Part shown: piece by piece, positions 11,570 through 24,456 of the stretch
Layout: each line of letters opens with the position of its first letter
How positions within the stretch are numbered: the first letter of the stretch is position 1
From: Elsinoe ampelina
Lineage: Eukaryota
Reading direction: 5' to 3'
Assembly (NCBI GenBank): GCA_010093995.1
Contig: ML992519.1
Span: 101,519 to 165,518, forward strand
DNA: 64,000 nucleotides
Notes under the pieces: generated by a model
Told to the model about the DNA's origin: nothing
Database searches by the model: none
Seen by the model: the letters and a program-made list of their open reading frames with translations, nothing else
Translations under genes and position numbers: made by a program

Positions 11570-12118
11570 TCGAGAAGGAGGCAAGGACAGGGGCAGGAAC
11601 GCACAGAGAATGGCGCGGAACGGGCCGATCATGAACCAAAAAGAACGATACCAAGGTTCCATGGCAGGAGTGGATGACACTGGGATTATCGACTGTACAA
11701 ACAAGCCTCTGGTTTCTCCATCAAGGGTAGGGAGGATTAGCATGGCGTTGAAGCAGAAAAACATAAGGTATGATTGAATGTCTATATCTCCCATCGAAGA
11801 GAGCGGACGCGAACGAAGATGTGTGCCTGTGACGACCGCCACGCTGGTATATATGTCTCGTATGGCTCGTCTCGTATGGTTTGCCTTGAATGTGCCGGGT
11901 CGTCGACGCTTCCCACAAGCAATCAAGGACGTGCGAGGGCGTGAGAGCCGCTCATGCAGATTTGCCTTGTGGCTGCGTGTGGACCCGTTGGTGATGATCC
12001 AGTCCTTGTGATGTCCTGGTAGTTGCTAGGTCTGACGTGACTCGGATCATCCTTCCGGTCCGGATGAGCATGGTTCACGATGCCTACAAAATGATCTGGG
12101 GCTTGCCTGGTAGGCCCT

Positions 12119-14606
12119 TCATCCCGGCACTTTCGCAGCAGATGTAGGTGGTGCGGTTTTGATCTTGGGAGATGACGCAGCTGAATCGATAGGAGGCTCG
12201 TACGAACGAAACTTCTTCTTGTACTTTGATGACCAGTCCCTGCGGACCTTGCTGAGTGGTTTAGGGAGTTTGTGCTTCTGTTTGCGCGGCTTCTCTGCCG
12301 GTGTGTCCTCTGCGTCGGTGTTCGGAAACGATGACAGTGAGGAATCCTCAGATATGTACTCCTTTGCATCCTTGAAGTCATCGGCGTCAGTAGTGGGGTA
12401 GCTGATCGCAGCCTGCTTTTCTCTGACAAGCTGTTTCGCACTCTCCAAGGCGATGGTCATCGTCGTGAAGGCTTTCAGCAGTTCCGCGGATGGTTCGACC
12501 GAATCGAGACGCTGCTTGGGTGTGATACCCGAAGCGTCTTTGGCGTAGGTGTCAATCCCACAAAAATGATGGCTGTTGGTGGCGATGAAGTCGAGGGTAG
12601 GGATATCTCGTGAGAGAGCGGCACGGTGGAGAAGATTTTGTGCCTCGTGGTCAACTACCAGGACATCGCAGCCACCATCCAGAAGCACTCGAGCAGCATC
12701 CACTGCTGCGTACTGAATCGCTCGGAGTAAAGGGGTCGCTCCGAAAATGTCGCGAGTCTCTTTGTTGGCACCTTTCTCGATCAAATACTTGGCGCCGATA
12801 GCATTATTCCTCCAGGCGGCTAGAGCCAAGGGACATCGCTGGAAGACGTCTTGTTCGTCGACATTAGGGTTGTGCTTCAAGATCAGCTTGACGTACGTGG
12901 GGTCGGTCTGCTGGCAGGCGCGATGAAGTGTTGACATGCCGTAGCCATCTTTGTACTCGGTGAAGCCACGAGAGAGCAGCAGATTGGTACAGTCGAGCTT
13001 GGAATGATTGACAGCTGCGTACAGTGCGTTCCAACCATTGTCATTTCTGTACGCAGGATCTGCACCGTGCTCCAGCAGGTCGCTTAGTTTTTGGGCGTCG
13101 CCCCGGGTAGCGGCCCAAATCAGCGGAGTGTTACCGCGGGCGTCGGGCGAGTCTGTCAGTTGTGGTAGTTCTGAAAGTGCATCCGGCAATCGCTTGCCAT
13201 TCAGGCCCAGAACAATCTCATGAACAGGAGTAAAGTTTTGCTCCTCGAGAAAGTCCCGATCAGTAAAGACGGCACGAAAGTACTTTGTGATCTGTTCAGG
13301 CATCGAGTTGCTGAGAATTATATCCCAAGCGTATGTAGCAGGACTCTCGAGGTGAGTGTTGAGAGCCATGGGGTCAGCATTTGCCTTGAGGAGAAAGTCG
13401 ACGATATCGATGCAACCACGCTCTACGGCAAAGTGCAAGGGCGTGCAGCCGTCCAGGTGACCAGCATCCGAAGGAGAAGCCAGCCCGGAAGAGAACAGAG
13501 ATTGAATGCCAGTGAGATTCCTGTTATGCACATACTTGAAGACGAGAGCGCCATTGTTGACGATACTGGCCATTTTTATGGACAACTGAGGCGCACCAAG
13601 TGGCATCGACCGTAGGGTCAGCTCAATCCGTTTCTCGACAAACCAACCTGGAAAGTAGTAGGACATGTTGAATCGTAAGCCTCTCTTTCGACGGCAAGTG
13701 GCGACATCGCAGCGCTTGCGCATGACTGGTAGTCCTGAGTAGCCCCAGAACAGGATGCCCAGGAAGCGATCCAGCATTTTCGAGCTACGGCCGTGGACCA
13801 GCTCGTGACAGACACAAAGACAGGCAGAGTCACAAGCCCAGCGAGGTCTCCACACAACGGACACTTCCAGTCCTCGATGGCCTTCGAATAAGAGATCGGA
13901 ATCGGATTTGAGATTTCCCGAATGCAGTGGTAGGACATTGGAAGACGGGACAATCTCTGGCGAGACTTTGACGGATTCTCCATTGGGTTTAATAGGGACA
14001 AGCTGTTGTCGAAGGCTCTTCAGATCGTCTCGTAGTTGAGATGCATCATCAATTCGAGATTCTAGCAAGCTTTTGGTGGCATCGCTGAGGGCAACAATCT
14101 GTGTCACACTCAATTCGATGCGGGCACTGATATTACTACCACCAATGTGAGCGCGAAATTACCTGTATTTCCCTCGCCTGTGCTTACAGATTTGCTAGAC
14201 CCAGAGCTTGAGACAACTCGGTTCGTATGGAAAGGAGATCATGCTGATATTTCGAAACTTGGGGTTTCTGTTTGAGCCAAGTTGTCCGTGATAGACGTTC
14301 ATTCCTCAGCATGCTTTCCTCCTTGATGAGGACGCTGTTGACGAAGGCATGCAAGTGCGTGATCGTGGTTTTAGCCCTGACCAGGACGGTATGGAGGTTA
14401 GAGAAGCCAGGGGTTTCTTTGGTCAGGTGCTTGTTGTGTAACAAGGTATGCTCGACATCCTTGACTATGGCGCTCAGATCCGAAATCTCGTTGATAAGCG
14501 CTTGAATCTCGTCGGATGCGCCACGGACTTTGAGTATGACCTTTAAGCTCGCGGTGGTGAAGCCGCCGATGGCTATGATCCCTGCAGTGACCGAGAGCGG
14601 ATCCAT
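12119..14606 (-). CDS. Ankyrin-repeat protein with N-terminal HeLo-like (fungal STAND N-terminal) domain; 1 intron
   Basis: Exon 1 MDPLSVTAGIIAIGGF...ASDEIQALINEISDL. Intron GTAAGC..TAG at about 14135-14187 joins in frame to ORF 12119-14113, which has CDSACLCVCH and about 8 ankyrin repeats (GCTPLHFA, GNTPLIWAA, GATPLLRA). Confidence 0.8.
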
Positions 14607-15064
14607 GGAAGGCTCCACATGGAATAAATTGGTCGCATTGAGCTAGAATACGTAAAAGCTTCCTGTGGAGGAATGGAGCAAGGTGTTGTGTTGTTGAAGT
14701 GATGCCCTAGGACGAATTCAGGCAAAGCGGCCCAGCGGATCCTTCGGGTCAGCCACTGCATCAAACAAGGCTATAGCGATAAAGGCGTGTACTGCCGCCA
14801 TGATACTTCGAGTGCATCACAGGTTGGTCGAGTATCAAAGGGAATCTTGTTGCAAGTGTGGCAAGCGATTTGAACATTGCCACGATGACATGTTTTTGCT
14901 TCTCGCCGGTCTGTGGGTCCCGTTCCGAACCAAGTCCTGTGAGCGACCGTGATTCGCTGGAATGACCTAAGCGAGCGGATCATTCGCCGAATCTGCCACT
15001 TTTAGTGCTGTTTCCACTCTTCATCATTTCACCCTTTTCTCCTTCTTCTCAATTCACTACAGTA

Positions 15065-15997
15065 ATGGCATCGCGGCTTGTAGAGCGATGGACTTCATAC
15101 ACGGAGCTCTTCTGGTACATCGGTCTAGGTCTTACTGGTATGATTCTTCTGTGCATCTCGACTCGAGCTCACTGGTCAGGTCTGCTTCTCACACTGAGGG
15201 ACATGGTAATTGCTCATCCTCGAGATCTGGTTGACATCAAGAGAGTTCGAGATGCAACCTTTGTGAGATTTTGGGCGCGTGTCGGTGCGTATGTAACAAG
15301 GTCTCGGGCGTCTGCCTCTTACATACCCTCAAGGTCCGATGTTCGAGGAGGGAGACAAGGATACAGCAGTCCCAAAACTCGTCTCGCAAGCCACTGGTGT
15401 AGTTGTCGAGCTCGGTCCCGGCACTGGCGCTCAGCTGCCGTATTTTGACCAGACCAAAATCAACAAGATATTCGGCATCGAACCTAATGCTGGTCTTCAT
15501 GTGCAGCTCCGAGAACGTGTCAAAACTTGTGGTCTCACGGATCTGTATCAGGTTATCCCCCATGGAACCGAGGACATTGAAGAGTTCGAGAAGGTAGGTA
15601 TCCTCCCAGGTACGGTCGATACCATCATCAGTGTTCAAGTTCTTTGCTCCGTTCCTCGGCTGGATGCAAACCTGCGACGCCTCTACACTCTGCTTAAGCC
15701 TGGCGGACAACTGATAGTGTACGAGCACGTCAGGAACCAAGATCCCATCACATATTTCGTTCAAAGTGAGATAACATCGTCCACGTCCAGCCGAGGGCTC
15801 TTGCTGACCATGCTTTCTCAGGGCTATACAGTGTGATCTGGCCGTTCTTCGTCGGCAACTGCCACCTGACTTGTGACACATTTCGATCAATCATGAAATC
15901 TGGAGATTGGTCCCGCATAGACATGGTGCTCCCCAAGCCGGAGGACACGTCGACACTGTTTCCCCGTATCCATGGTCGGCTCTGGAAGAAAGACTAA
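15065..15997 (+). CDS. SAM-dependent methyltransferase (Methyltransf_11, METTL7-like) with N-terminal hydrophobic segment; 2 introns
   Basis: Motif I VVELGPGTG, DTIISVQVLCSV and LKPGGQLIVYEH. Spliced C-terminal exon WPFFVGNCHL...FPRIHGRLWKKD*. Confidence 0.82.
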
Positions 15998-16159
15998 GTT
16001 AATGAATTGATTTTCGTCAAGAAATGCTCCGAGGTTCCCCGCAGTCACGTGCCTTGGGGAGTTTCAGAAGTGGGGTATACCCCAACGAGCAACATTCGCT
16101 ACTTCGCATATTAGACACTTACACGGTTGTTAGTCGTGCAGAGTCGCAGGAGCAAGGCA

Positions 16160-17257
16160 ATGTTCGAAAGCACTGTCACAAAGACAATACCAGAAAGCGA
16201 TGTGTGCTTCGAAGTAGCTATCGTCGACACTACCACAAACATAGTGTGCCATGCGCCTAGTCTTATTCAGCCTATCATCAAGAACCACGAATATCTGCAC
16301 CTACCCACTTACGCCTTCTTACTGAAACACCCGTCCGGTCGTAATCTGCTCTTTGATCTGGGCGGTCGAAAAGATTGGCGAAACCTCGCACCTGGCACGG
16401 TCAACGCACTTGAGACTCGAGTCACAAATTTCGACATCACCAGCAATGTCAGTGACATACTGACTTCGTCCAACATCGAACTGGCCAGTGTCACTTCGAT
16501 TATCCTCTCACACTGGCACTGGGACCATGTCGGAGACCCTTCCACTTTCCCCAAATCAACCTCTTTGATTGTGGGCCCTGGCTTTCGGAAGTCCTTCATG
16601 CCAGGATATCCCTCTAATGCAAGTGCGAATCTGCTTGATACCGACTTTGAAGGCCGAGAGGTCCAAGAAATCGAATTTGCCTCTTCACTGGATATCGGCG
16701 AATTCGCAGCTCACGACCTTCTAGAGGATGGAAGTATCTTCATCCTCAACACAGCCGGACATACTGTCGGCCATATCAGCGCTCTTGTCAGAACTACACC
16801 TACCACTTTCGTCTTCCTCGGCGGAGACATCTGTCACAACGGCGGCGTCATCCGACCCACTCAATCGGTACAGATGCCGGACACGATACCTGGCGATGTT
16901 CCTCTACTGGCATATCCCAATGGGTGCCCCTGTAGTGTCTTCACCGCATGCCACCCCACCCCGGACGAAGCTAGGAAGAAACCGTATTTTGAAGTCAGCA
17001 GAGACGCTGCATCATGGTACGAAGACCCTAAAGTGGCGCATGATTCTGTTACCAAGCTGCAGGCTTTCGACGCAGATGAAAATGTGCTCGTTGCCATCGC
17101 ACACGATGAGGGGCTAGGGAGGGTGTGTGACATGTTTCCGAAGGGGACCATCAATGATTGGCAGACCAAGGGGTGGAAGCAAAGGATCCGATGGGGATTC
17201 TTGAATGCTTTGCCAGTCCAGGGCCACACCGTACGAGGGAAGACTTGGGCGTTGTAG
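16160..17257 (+). CDS. Metallo-beta-lactamase-fold hydrolase, AHL-lactonase/lactamase-like
   Basis: LLFDLGGRKD, HWHWDH (HxHxDH), GHTVGH, GGDICH and AHD metal-binding motifs. Confidence 0.88.
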   Translation: MFESTVTKTIPESDVCFEVAIVDTTTNIVCHAPSLIQPIIKNHEYLHLPTYAFLLKHPSGRNLLFDLGGRKDWRNLAPGTVNALETRVTNFDITSNVSDILTSSNIELASVTSIILSHWHWDHVGDPSTFPKSTSLIVGPGFRKSFMPGYPSNASANLLDTDFEGREVQEIEFASSLDIGEFAAHDLLEDGSIFILNTAGHTVGHISALVRTTPTTFVFLGGDICHNGGVIRPTQSVQMPDTIPGDVPLLAYPNGCPCSVFTACHPTPDEARKKPYFEVSRDAASWYEDPKVAHDSVTKLQAFDADENVLVAIAHDEGLGRVCDMFPKGTINDWQTKGWKQRIRWGFLNALPVQGHTVRGKTWAL

Positions 17258-17640
17258 GTCATGTATGGAGATAAGAGACGATCAATAGGAATCCTTGCAA
17301 AATGCCAGAGCTACACGATGTGTCTCTGTCAGTGATTACGATGCTTTGGTTGCTTGTGCGTCACTCGCCTCAATATGGCATCAAAGGCGTATTAGAGCAT
17401 CTTTACGTGCCTTACTCTTTGCCGCGTCTATCTTCGAATATCCCTGACGCACCTACTATGGCGCAGCAAATCATGGAAAAAGATCAATATATATGTAGAA
17501 CAGGATGTGATCTCTTCCGCCTGCAGCTGACTCTGTTGCTTGACACCGGAATCATTTCCGCTTGCTTTTGATGACGTTTCTGACTTCCCAAAATTTTTCT
17601 ACCACAGCATAATTACAGTCCCACAACACGCACCAATGCA

Positions 17641-19020
17641 ATGACAAAGGCTGTTTGCGGCTACCATGTCGCCCGATCCATCGGAATCTGGTCAGCTGGG
17701 TCTGCTGCTCAGCGACCCTTGCTCGCAGTCAGCGCGCCATTTCTCAGTCACTGCCGACATATATCGAGAAGGTCGACATCTCTGCAACCCCTCGACGGTG
17801 TTGCATCCTTGGACGCGGCCATCATAGATCCTCATGACGAAGTGAATCCTCCATTAAGATCCTTGCCTGCTCCTCTAGAACTCCCGGTCAAACAGCACGA
17901 CAGCTCGACTCTTGGTCATCTCTACCGCACTGGCAGAGCCTATGGCTCGTTCTACTGGAAAGGACTCAAAGCCGCTTGGGCAAACCACAAAGATTGCAGG
18001 CCTATCAAGAAGAAGCTGGTCGCAGTCAAGAACAGATTTGTCCCGCCGCAGTACAAGGTCGGAAACTCCGTCCACGAGCTGGCTCTCGGCATGATGGAGA
18101 TGCGCCTGATCCCGGAACCAGGCGAGAAGCATGCTGACCAGGAATCAAGGCAGGCGCTCGATCATTTGATCGCGCGTATGACAAGAGCAAGGTATCAGAC
18201 ATTGGTTCGTGAGCGTGAGGACTGGTCAAAACTACCACGCTTCGCCGTCTTGGTCGCCATCTGTGGGGAGTATCTGCCCTTGCTCATACCTTTCTTCCCG
18301 AGCATATCCCCAAAGACCTGCCAGATCCCAAAGCAAATCACCGATGTGAGAAAGTCGAATGAGGAACGCAGGCGAAACGGCATCGAGTTATACACGCGCG
18401 CCTATGCAAAACCCAAACAGGTCCATGGAACGACTGTGCGCTTGGTCGACGAAGCCGCGGCGTATGAAGAGACCTGGAAAGAGTTCAAGAGAAGACAGGA
18501 AGCAGTCAACTTTGATGTTGTGGATCTGTACTACCTCACACACCTGAAGAACGTCGGCCCACGGCTGAGCCAGATGTTCATCGGCAGCATGTCCAACCAG
18601 CATTTGTTCCGAGCCTCCCTGGTATTCTCGTTGCACGGCAAGATTTGGGATCGGGTCGGTCTGGTTCCCCCGCGAGCATTATTGGAACGGAGATTGCTAG
18701 CGAGGATGAAGCATTTGCTGGTGGACGATCTCCTTCTACGGGAATCGAAAGGCGGCGTATCGGCTTTGTCAGATGAAGAGCTCAGGATCGCTTGTGAGGA
18801 AAGGGCGATACCTTTGATTGGCAAACCATCCGATGCACTGCGGCAGGATCTCAACACGTGGCTGGAGGTCGTCTTCTCGCAAGGTCCGTTGTACAGATTG
18901 GATCTTGCGGTCCTGGCTCCCTGGCATGAAGTTCAAGAGGCTGTGGCTCAAGCAAAGCAGCAGAAGAAGGCGCTGGACGACACATTTGTGACCACACAAC
19001 GAGCTGCCAATACTTTGTAA
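17641..19020 (+). CDS. LETM1-like mitochondrial protein
   Basis: Basic presequence-like N-terminus; G..YGSFYWKGLK, DWSKLPRFAVLVAICGEYLPL, P.TCQIP, and DDLLL...GGVSALSDEELRIACEERAI. Confidence 0.78.
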   Translation: MTKAVCGYHVARSIGIWSAGSAAQRPLLAVSAPFLSHCRHISRRSTSLQPLDGVASLDAAIIDPHDEVNPPLRSLPAPLELPVKQHDSSTLGHLYRTGRAYGSFYWKGLKAAWANHKDCRPIKKKLVAVKNRFVPPQYKVGNSVHELALGMMEMRLIPEPGEKHADQESRQALDHLIARMTRARYQTLVREREDWSKLPRFAVLVAICGEYLPLLIPFFPSISPKTCQIPKQITDVRKSNEERRRNGIELYTRAYAKPKQVHGTTVRLVDEAAAYEETWKEFKRRQEAVNFDVVDLYYLTHLKNVGPRLSQMFIGSMSNQHLFRASLVFSLHGKIWDRVGLVPPRALLERRLLARMKHLLVDDLLLRESKGGVSALSDEELRIACEERAIPLIGKPSDALRQDLNTWLEVVFSQGPLYRLDLAVLAPWHEVQEAVAQAKQQKKALDDTFVTTQRAANTL

Positions 19021-19279
19021 GACCAAATACAGAAGGCATCACGTCAGGCGAGCATCGTCAGCATGTACAATAACGTCGAGTGTATATTACAGGGATTGTT
19101 GAGCATGGCTATCGCTACGGCAGACATACAATATAAAGACTCTACACTGCGCACTCTAATGGAAGGGAGAAGTTGCGTTTCAAATAAGAAACTTGTCTAG
19201 TCTGCGCCGGACTCTATTCCCACACCAATCTATGAAACATCTATCGTACAATTCATATCATACCAGACCAGTCTATTCA

Positions 19280-22200
19280 TTACTCCGCCTTCTTCGCCGC
19301 CTTCGTCCTCAGTTTCATACAAGCATACACCAAGGCGTAACCACTGCAAGCAAAGATTGCGCAGATACCAATGTTCCTCCAACCAAAGTAGTAATCGTTG
19401 ATGTTGACCGTCTTGAGGTAGTCGCTGCCTCGACTATACTGACAGACCCTGCAACCACTCGTGGCGTCAGGATTCGTCAGATTTGCCGCTGCTCCCATCG
19501 TCTGCATCCATTCTTCGAGGTAAGCAGCGCAGGTCTCTCCATTTGGCGTGTCGAACACGGCAAACTCATTCGGTCCGCACAAAACCTGCTTGTCAAAGAC
19601 CGTGAACGTCAACAAGCCTCCCATCAGATATGTGAATGGATTGAGCCAGTACATCCAGTACCTCCAAAATTCCTGGATCTGTCCATACGGTACTAAAACA
19701 CCGCAGAAGGACACCAGCATCGAGATGATGAGCGGATTGATCAGCGACGCAGACACAGCGTTGGGTGCATAAGCCGCCACAAATTGAGCAATGCCGGTGT
19801 AGATGAACTCATAGATGAGAATGATGAAGAAAACCGGTCCGGCCTTGTCGCTCGCCGTATCCAGTCCAGTCTGATAGTAGAAACACACAAAGTACAAGAC
19901 CGCGCAGATGACGAGGTAGGGCAGCTCAGAGACGATCAAGCCCGTCACGAACGGCGCCCAGCCGTACATCTTGCTCTTCTTCTCGCGCGCCTCGTAGATA
20001 TCCCTTCTTGCGATGAAGAGGGGCTGGACTTGGGCCATGACACCAGGGGCGACGAAGAGGACGTTGAACACCGCGAAAAGTGCTTGCTTGAGGTCGCTGA
20101 CTTCGTCGCCGATTTTCCAGAAGGAGAAGCCGTTGAAGAGCGCCGAGAAGATGTGCAGGGCGATCTTGTTACTGACGTAGTCGGTGTTGCGGTAGAGGGA
20201 GACGTTCATGCGTTGCGTGACGAGCTTGGTTTGGGTCCATGTGTCGGTGGCAAATTCATGGCCGTCGTCGACTGTGCCCGGAGGCTTGCCTGCGGCGTCG
20301 GCGATGATGGCGTCGAGGTCGGAGGTTACCTTTGCATGTTCCGGGGAGTCTAGCCAGATTCGGTTCCAGTCTCGACCTTTGCTCAGAGAGCCGGAGACGA
20401 CGTCGATCATGTGTTCTGCTGGGTTGGCTCCGGGTGGGCAAGGGGCATCGTTGCGTGCGAAATAGTCCTTAATAGTCTGCCCGCCTTCGCCAATGTCACC
20501 AAAGTAGACCGTCTTACCGCCTCGGGCGAGGAGGAGAAGAGAGTCGAACTGGGCAAAGAGCTGTGCGCTAGGCTGATGAATAGTGCAGAGAACAGCTTGA
20601 CCAGCTGCTGCCAGCTTCTTTAAAAAGCGGAGAGTGTTGAATGCAGCTTGACCGTCGAGACCACTGGTTGGCTCATCAAGGAAGATCAGAATACTGGGCT
20701 TGGCGACAAGCTCGACACCGATCGTGACACGCTTGCGCTGCTCGATAGAGAGGCCAGCACCCGGTTGACCGATGATGTTGTGCTCGAGATCGTGGAGTTC
20801 CAAAAGGTCGATAACAGTGTCGACGTACTTGAGCTTGTCTTCACGGGACACATGACGGGGCTGTCGGAGGAGTGCCGAGAATTCCAAAGCCTCACGGACT
20901 GTGGCGTATGGTTCGTGAACATCGAGCTGTTCGCAGTAGCCAGCATTTCTTTGGAAGGACACCGGAAGGGGTCGACCATCAACCATGATTGACCCGTGAA
21001 TGGTTCCCTCGGTCTTACGGCTGGCCAGAACATCCATCAAGGTGGTTTTACCAGCGCCAGAAGAACCCATGAGACAACCAAGACTGCCAGGCTTGATCCA
21101 GCCTTGAACGTCATCGAGCAAAACTCGCTTTCCGGATGGAGTGTCGACGGTGTAGGAGAGATTCTTCCAGGTGAAGACAGATGTGTTGCGGACGAGATCT
21201 GGCTCTTGGCCATTTGAAGCCGCAGTCACACTAGAGCTACCGCTTGAGCCAACGACCTTTTCCTTGTTGGAAGCCTGGGACTCTTCGTCGTTCTTTTGCA
21301 CATGGATGACTTTGTCCTTGTTCTCTCTCGGGACAAGCAGGACCCCTCCGGAGCCACTGTTGTTCCATTTGTTGGTGAAGAAGATCGTGAGGGATAGGAA
21401 AAGGACCCAGAATGCCCAGACGATGCCGAAGTTACGCCAAATGCGAGTACTCCTGTAGCTCAGCGAGATCAGATACTCTTCGCCAGTAACACTGTTGGCG
21501 CCAAGCGGTGCTCCGCTCACACCTGCACAAGCTGAGAAGTTTCGATCCTGGTAGCTGGGTCCGAGTGGGATGATGTTGTCGCCGACACACGGAATGATGG
21601 CATTCTTGTATTCATTGCCCATCAAGGACTCAAAAGCGTAGGCCAAGGGATTGATCCAGTAGATCCAGACGAACCAATTGCCCATCTTGTTCTTCGGAAT
21701 CATGTAGCCATTGTACATGACCAAAGCGCTGACAAGTAGGCCCGAGACTTTTGAAGCGTTGTCGAAAGTGTCGAAGCAAGAGCCACAGAGGCGAAACATG
21801 GCAGTCATGGTGATAGAGACGCTGAAGAGCAAGACCCAAAATGTAAAGAAAGCCCCTGCGGTAGTCTTCAGGCCAACCATAAAGTAGAGAATCAGCGACC
21901 ACACACTAACTTGAAAGGCGATGACTGGGATATCGGCAACCACCTGGGCGATACAGAAGGCTGCTGGGTGATAGTATGCAAACTCCTTGTGTTTGGCGAG
22001 GACAGGGCGACCACTAAAGCTGTCGGTGACCTCGGACATGGCAGTGAGTGCGAAAACGAGCAGAGATGTGAAGAGTGCTCCAGATTTGACAAAGAGACCG
22101 GTGCTGTCAGCAGCAGAATCGTAGAATAGACTGGCCGTGATCAGAGCCAGAAAAAGGATCAAAAGCTGCTTGATAACCAGGGAGGCCTTGTCACCCCACA

Positions 22201-23663
22201 AGATTTGATATTGACGTGCGATAGCCGTAGCGACCTGTGCGGCGAACGGCACAGTCAGGGGTGACTTCTTTGGCAGGCTGGGAGCCTTCTCTTCTGAGAC
22301 GGCTTGCATGAATTCGGCAGTATTTTGTTTAGCCTCTTCGCTTTGCCAGTACGTAAGTTCGCCAGTCATGCGTTCGTGGACTTCGGAATGGATGTACCGG
22401 TCCCGCAGGTCGGTGGCGGTCTTCGGGAAAGTCTTCTCCGCATCGGGTCGGATTGATCTCTCTGTCGGGACAGTGACACCGGTGAGGTAATCGGCCACGT
22501 TGGCTCCGTCACTGCAGATGAAGCCCAGCTTCTCCATGAAGGGTCGAGCTTCTTCTCTGGTGCCGTAATAGACTTGCTTGCCTTCGTCGAGAACAAGGAC
22601 TTTGTCGAAGCTGGTAATCTTGTCAGCCTTTACGTTCATGTCTTTTTCGAGCCCATACTCACAGATCGTAGATGCCATTGCCAGCCTGATAAAGTGTAGC
22701 AATAGTGGCCACACCAAGGGTGTCAGTCAAGGTCCGAATGGCTTTGGTCCACTCTAAAGCTGTGCTAGCATCGAGACCTCTGGTGCTGTTGTCCCAACAC
22801 ACCACACTTGCCGACGTAGCCAGGACTTCGACGATAGACACTCGTTTTCGCTCTCCACCACTGACTCCTCTGATGAATTCGTTGCCGACTTTCGTGTCGT
22901 TAGTATGGTCAATACCCATTGATCGCAGAAGGAAGTCCTTGCTGGCCATCTGGTAGTCCTTGATGGATTGATTTCCTGGGCGCTTGGCTGGAATCTTCAT
23001 TCTGGTTGCAAAGTCCATGGTCTGGCCGACCGTCAAGGATGGGAAGAAGACCTCGTCCTCTCTGTTGATGACTATTTGCCCTCGGTAGCGCTGAGCCTCG
23101 ACGTCGTTCAATGATCCGTAGTGTATATCACCAGTGACTTCGGCGAAGCCAGTACGGTGATTTGCCAGCACTTTCAGGAGGGAAGTGCATCCAGCGCCGG
23201 GGCGACCAAGAACGAGCAGCATCTCACCTGGCTTGACGCATCCGTATGAGTTGTCAATGATCGTCTTTAGATGCTTGGGTTGCCGTGACTCTTTGACCTG
23301 CTGGAGGAGATTTAAGCTCGACATGACATTCTCGTGGACTGCTGTATCGGCTCCGACGCCTTTCACATTTAGGTTCTGCCATGTCACTCCGAGTCGTCGA
23401 TGCTTCAGGCCGCTGTCATCTCTGTTGGCATTGAGTTGTCTGACCTCACTTGCCAGAGCCCACTCCTTCTCGTCAAAGTGGAAAGGCTTCTCCTCTGTGC
23501 TGTCTCCATCGTATCTTTCCCGTTCGTCCCGTTGAGAGTAGGTGGACTTCCGTGTGAGAGTCTTCCAGAGTTGTCCAGCTGTGCTTTCTCTCCTCACTGC
23601 GGACGGACTCGCTGGACGACTTGTTGGTTGGTCCATGGCAGCATCAACGGCGGCAGGCGACAT
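19280..23663 (-). CDS. Full-size ABCG/PDR multidrug transporter, AtrB-like; 1 intron
   Basis: NBD1 [33 protein letters not shown]2 [33 protein letters not shown]; two TMDs. An intron at about 22611-22661 joins [17 protein letters not shown]. Confidence 0.93.
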
Positions 23664-24456
23664 GATCGCCACCGATGACACCTCTTTGCGTGTGATGTGA
23701 GGCGGTGAAGCTTTGATTATACAGTAGGGGACAACTAGGAAGGGATAAGTGGTAATGGATGTGAGGAAGCAAGAAATGCTTAGATTGGAGGAGATCGTGA
23801 AGAACCCTGATCCGATGAAAAATGGCTGAGATGTAATCGGAATCTGGATGCATTATATGAACAGGCAGTGGACTGGACATGACAGATCCACACATGCCGA
23901 CATTCGTTGAAGGCCTCAACGTCACGCCACGCCATGTCATGACGATAACATACGGAGCGACGGATGATAAGAGCACCGACGGACAGGCGCAGAGTCCGTG
24001 GAGACAAAAGCATGATGCAGATGTTGAAATGGGTGCCGTATTTAGGACAAAGGTCGTCAGGACCAAACGTATAATAAAATTCAGGGAGACATGACTGCAG
24101 CCACAAATGGCTGCAGTATCCCGGACTAGCGCCGGATGCTACCGTCTTGAGCCACAATTTGGAGATTCGATAAGCGCGTCGGAGCCTGACCCAGCCAATC
24201 ACGAGCCCTAAGTAGGGTTACTAAGCGGGACATTCGGTGGTGGCATCCTCCTTCTCCCTCCGTCTTCCTTTCTTCGAAGTGCTGGGCTCACCTCATCTTC
24301 CCAACTGTCGTTCGTGAACGCCTCATTTTCCAGGCCGTACCAGACATCGGACACCTAGGCGGCCGACTCGCTCCTCCGACCAGTTCCGCCTCCGTCATTG
24401 GTCCGGCATTTCGCTTGTCTAATTCAACAGCCTCCCGAGAAGGGCATCGTCTGCAC

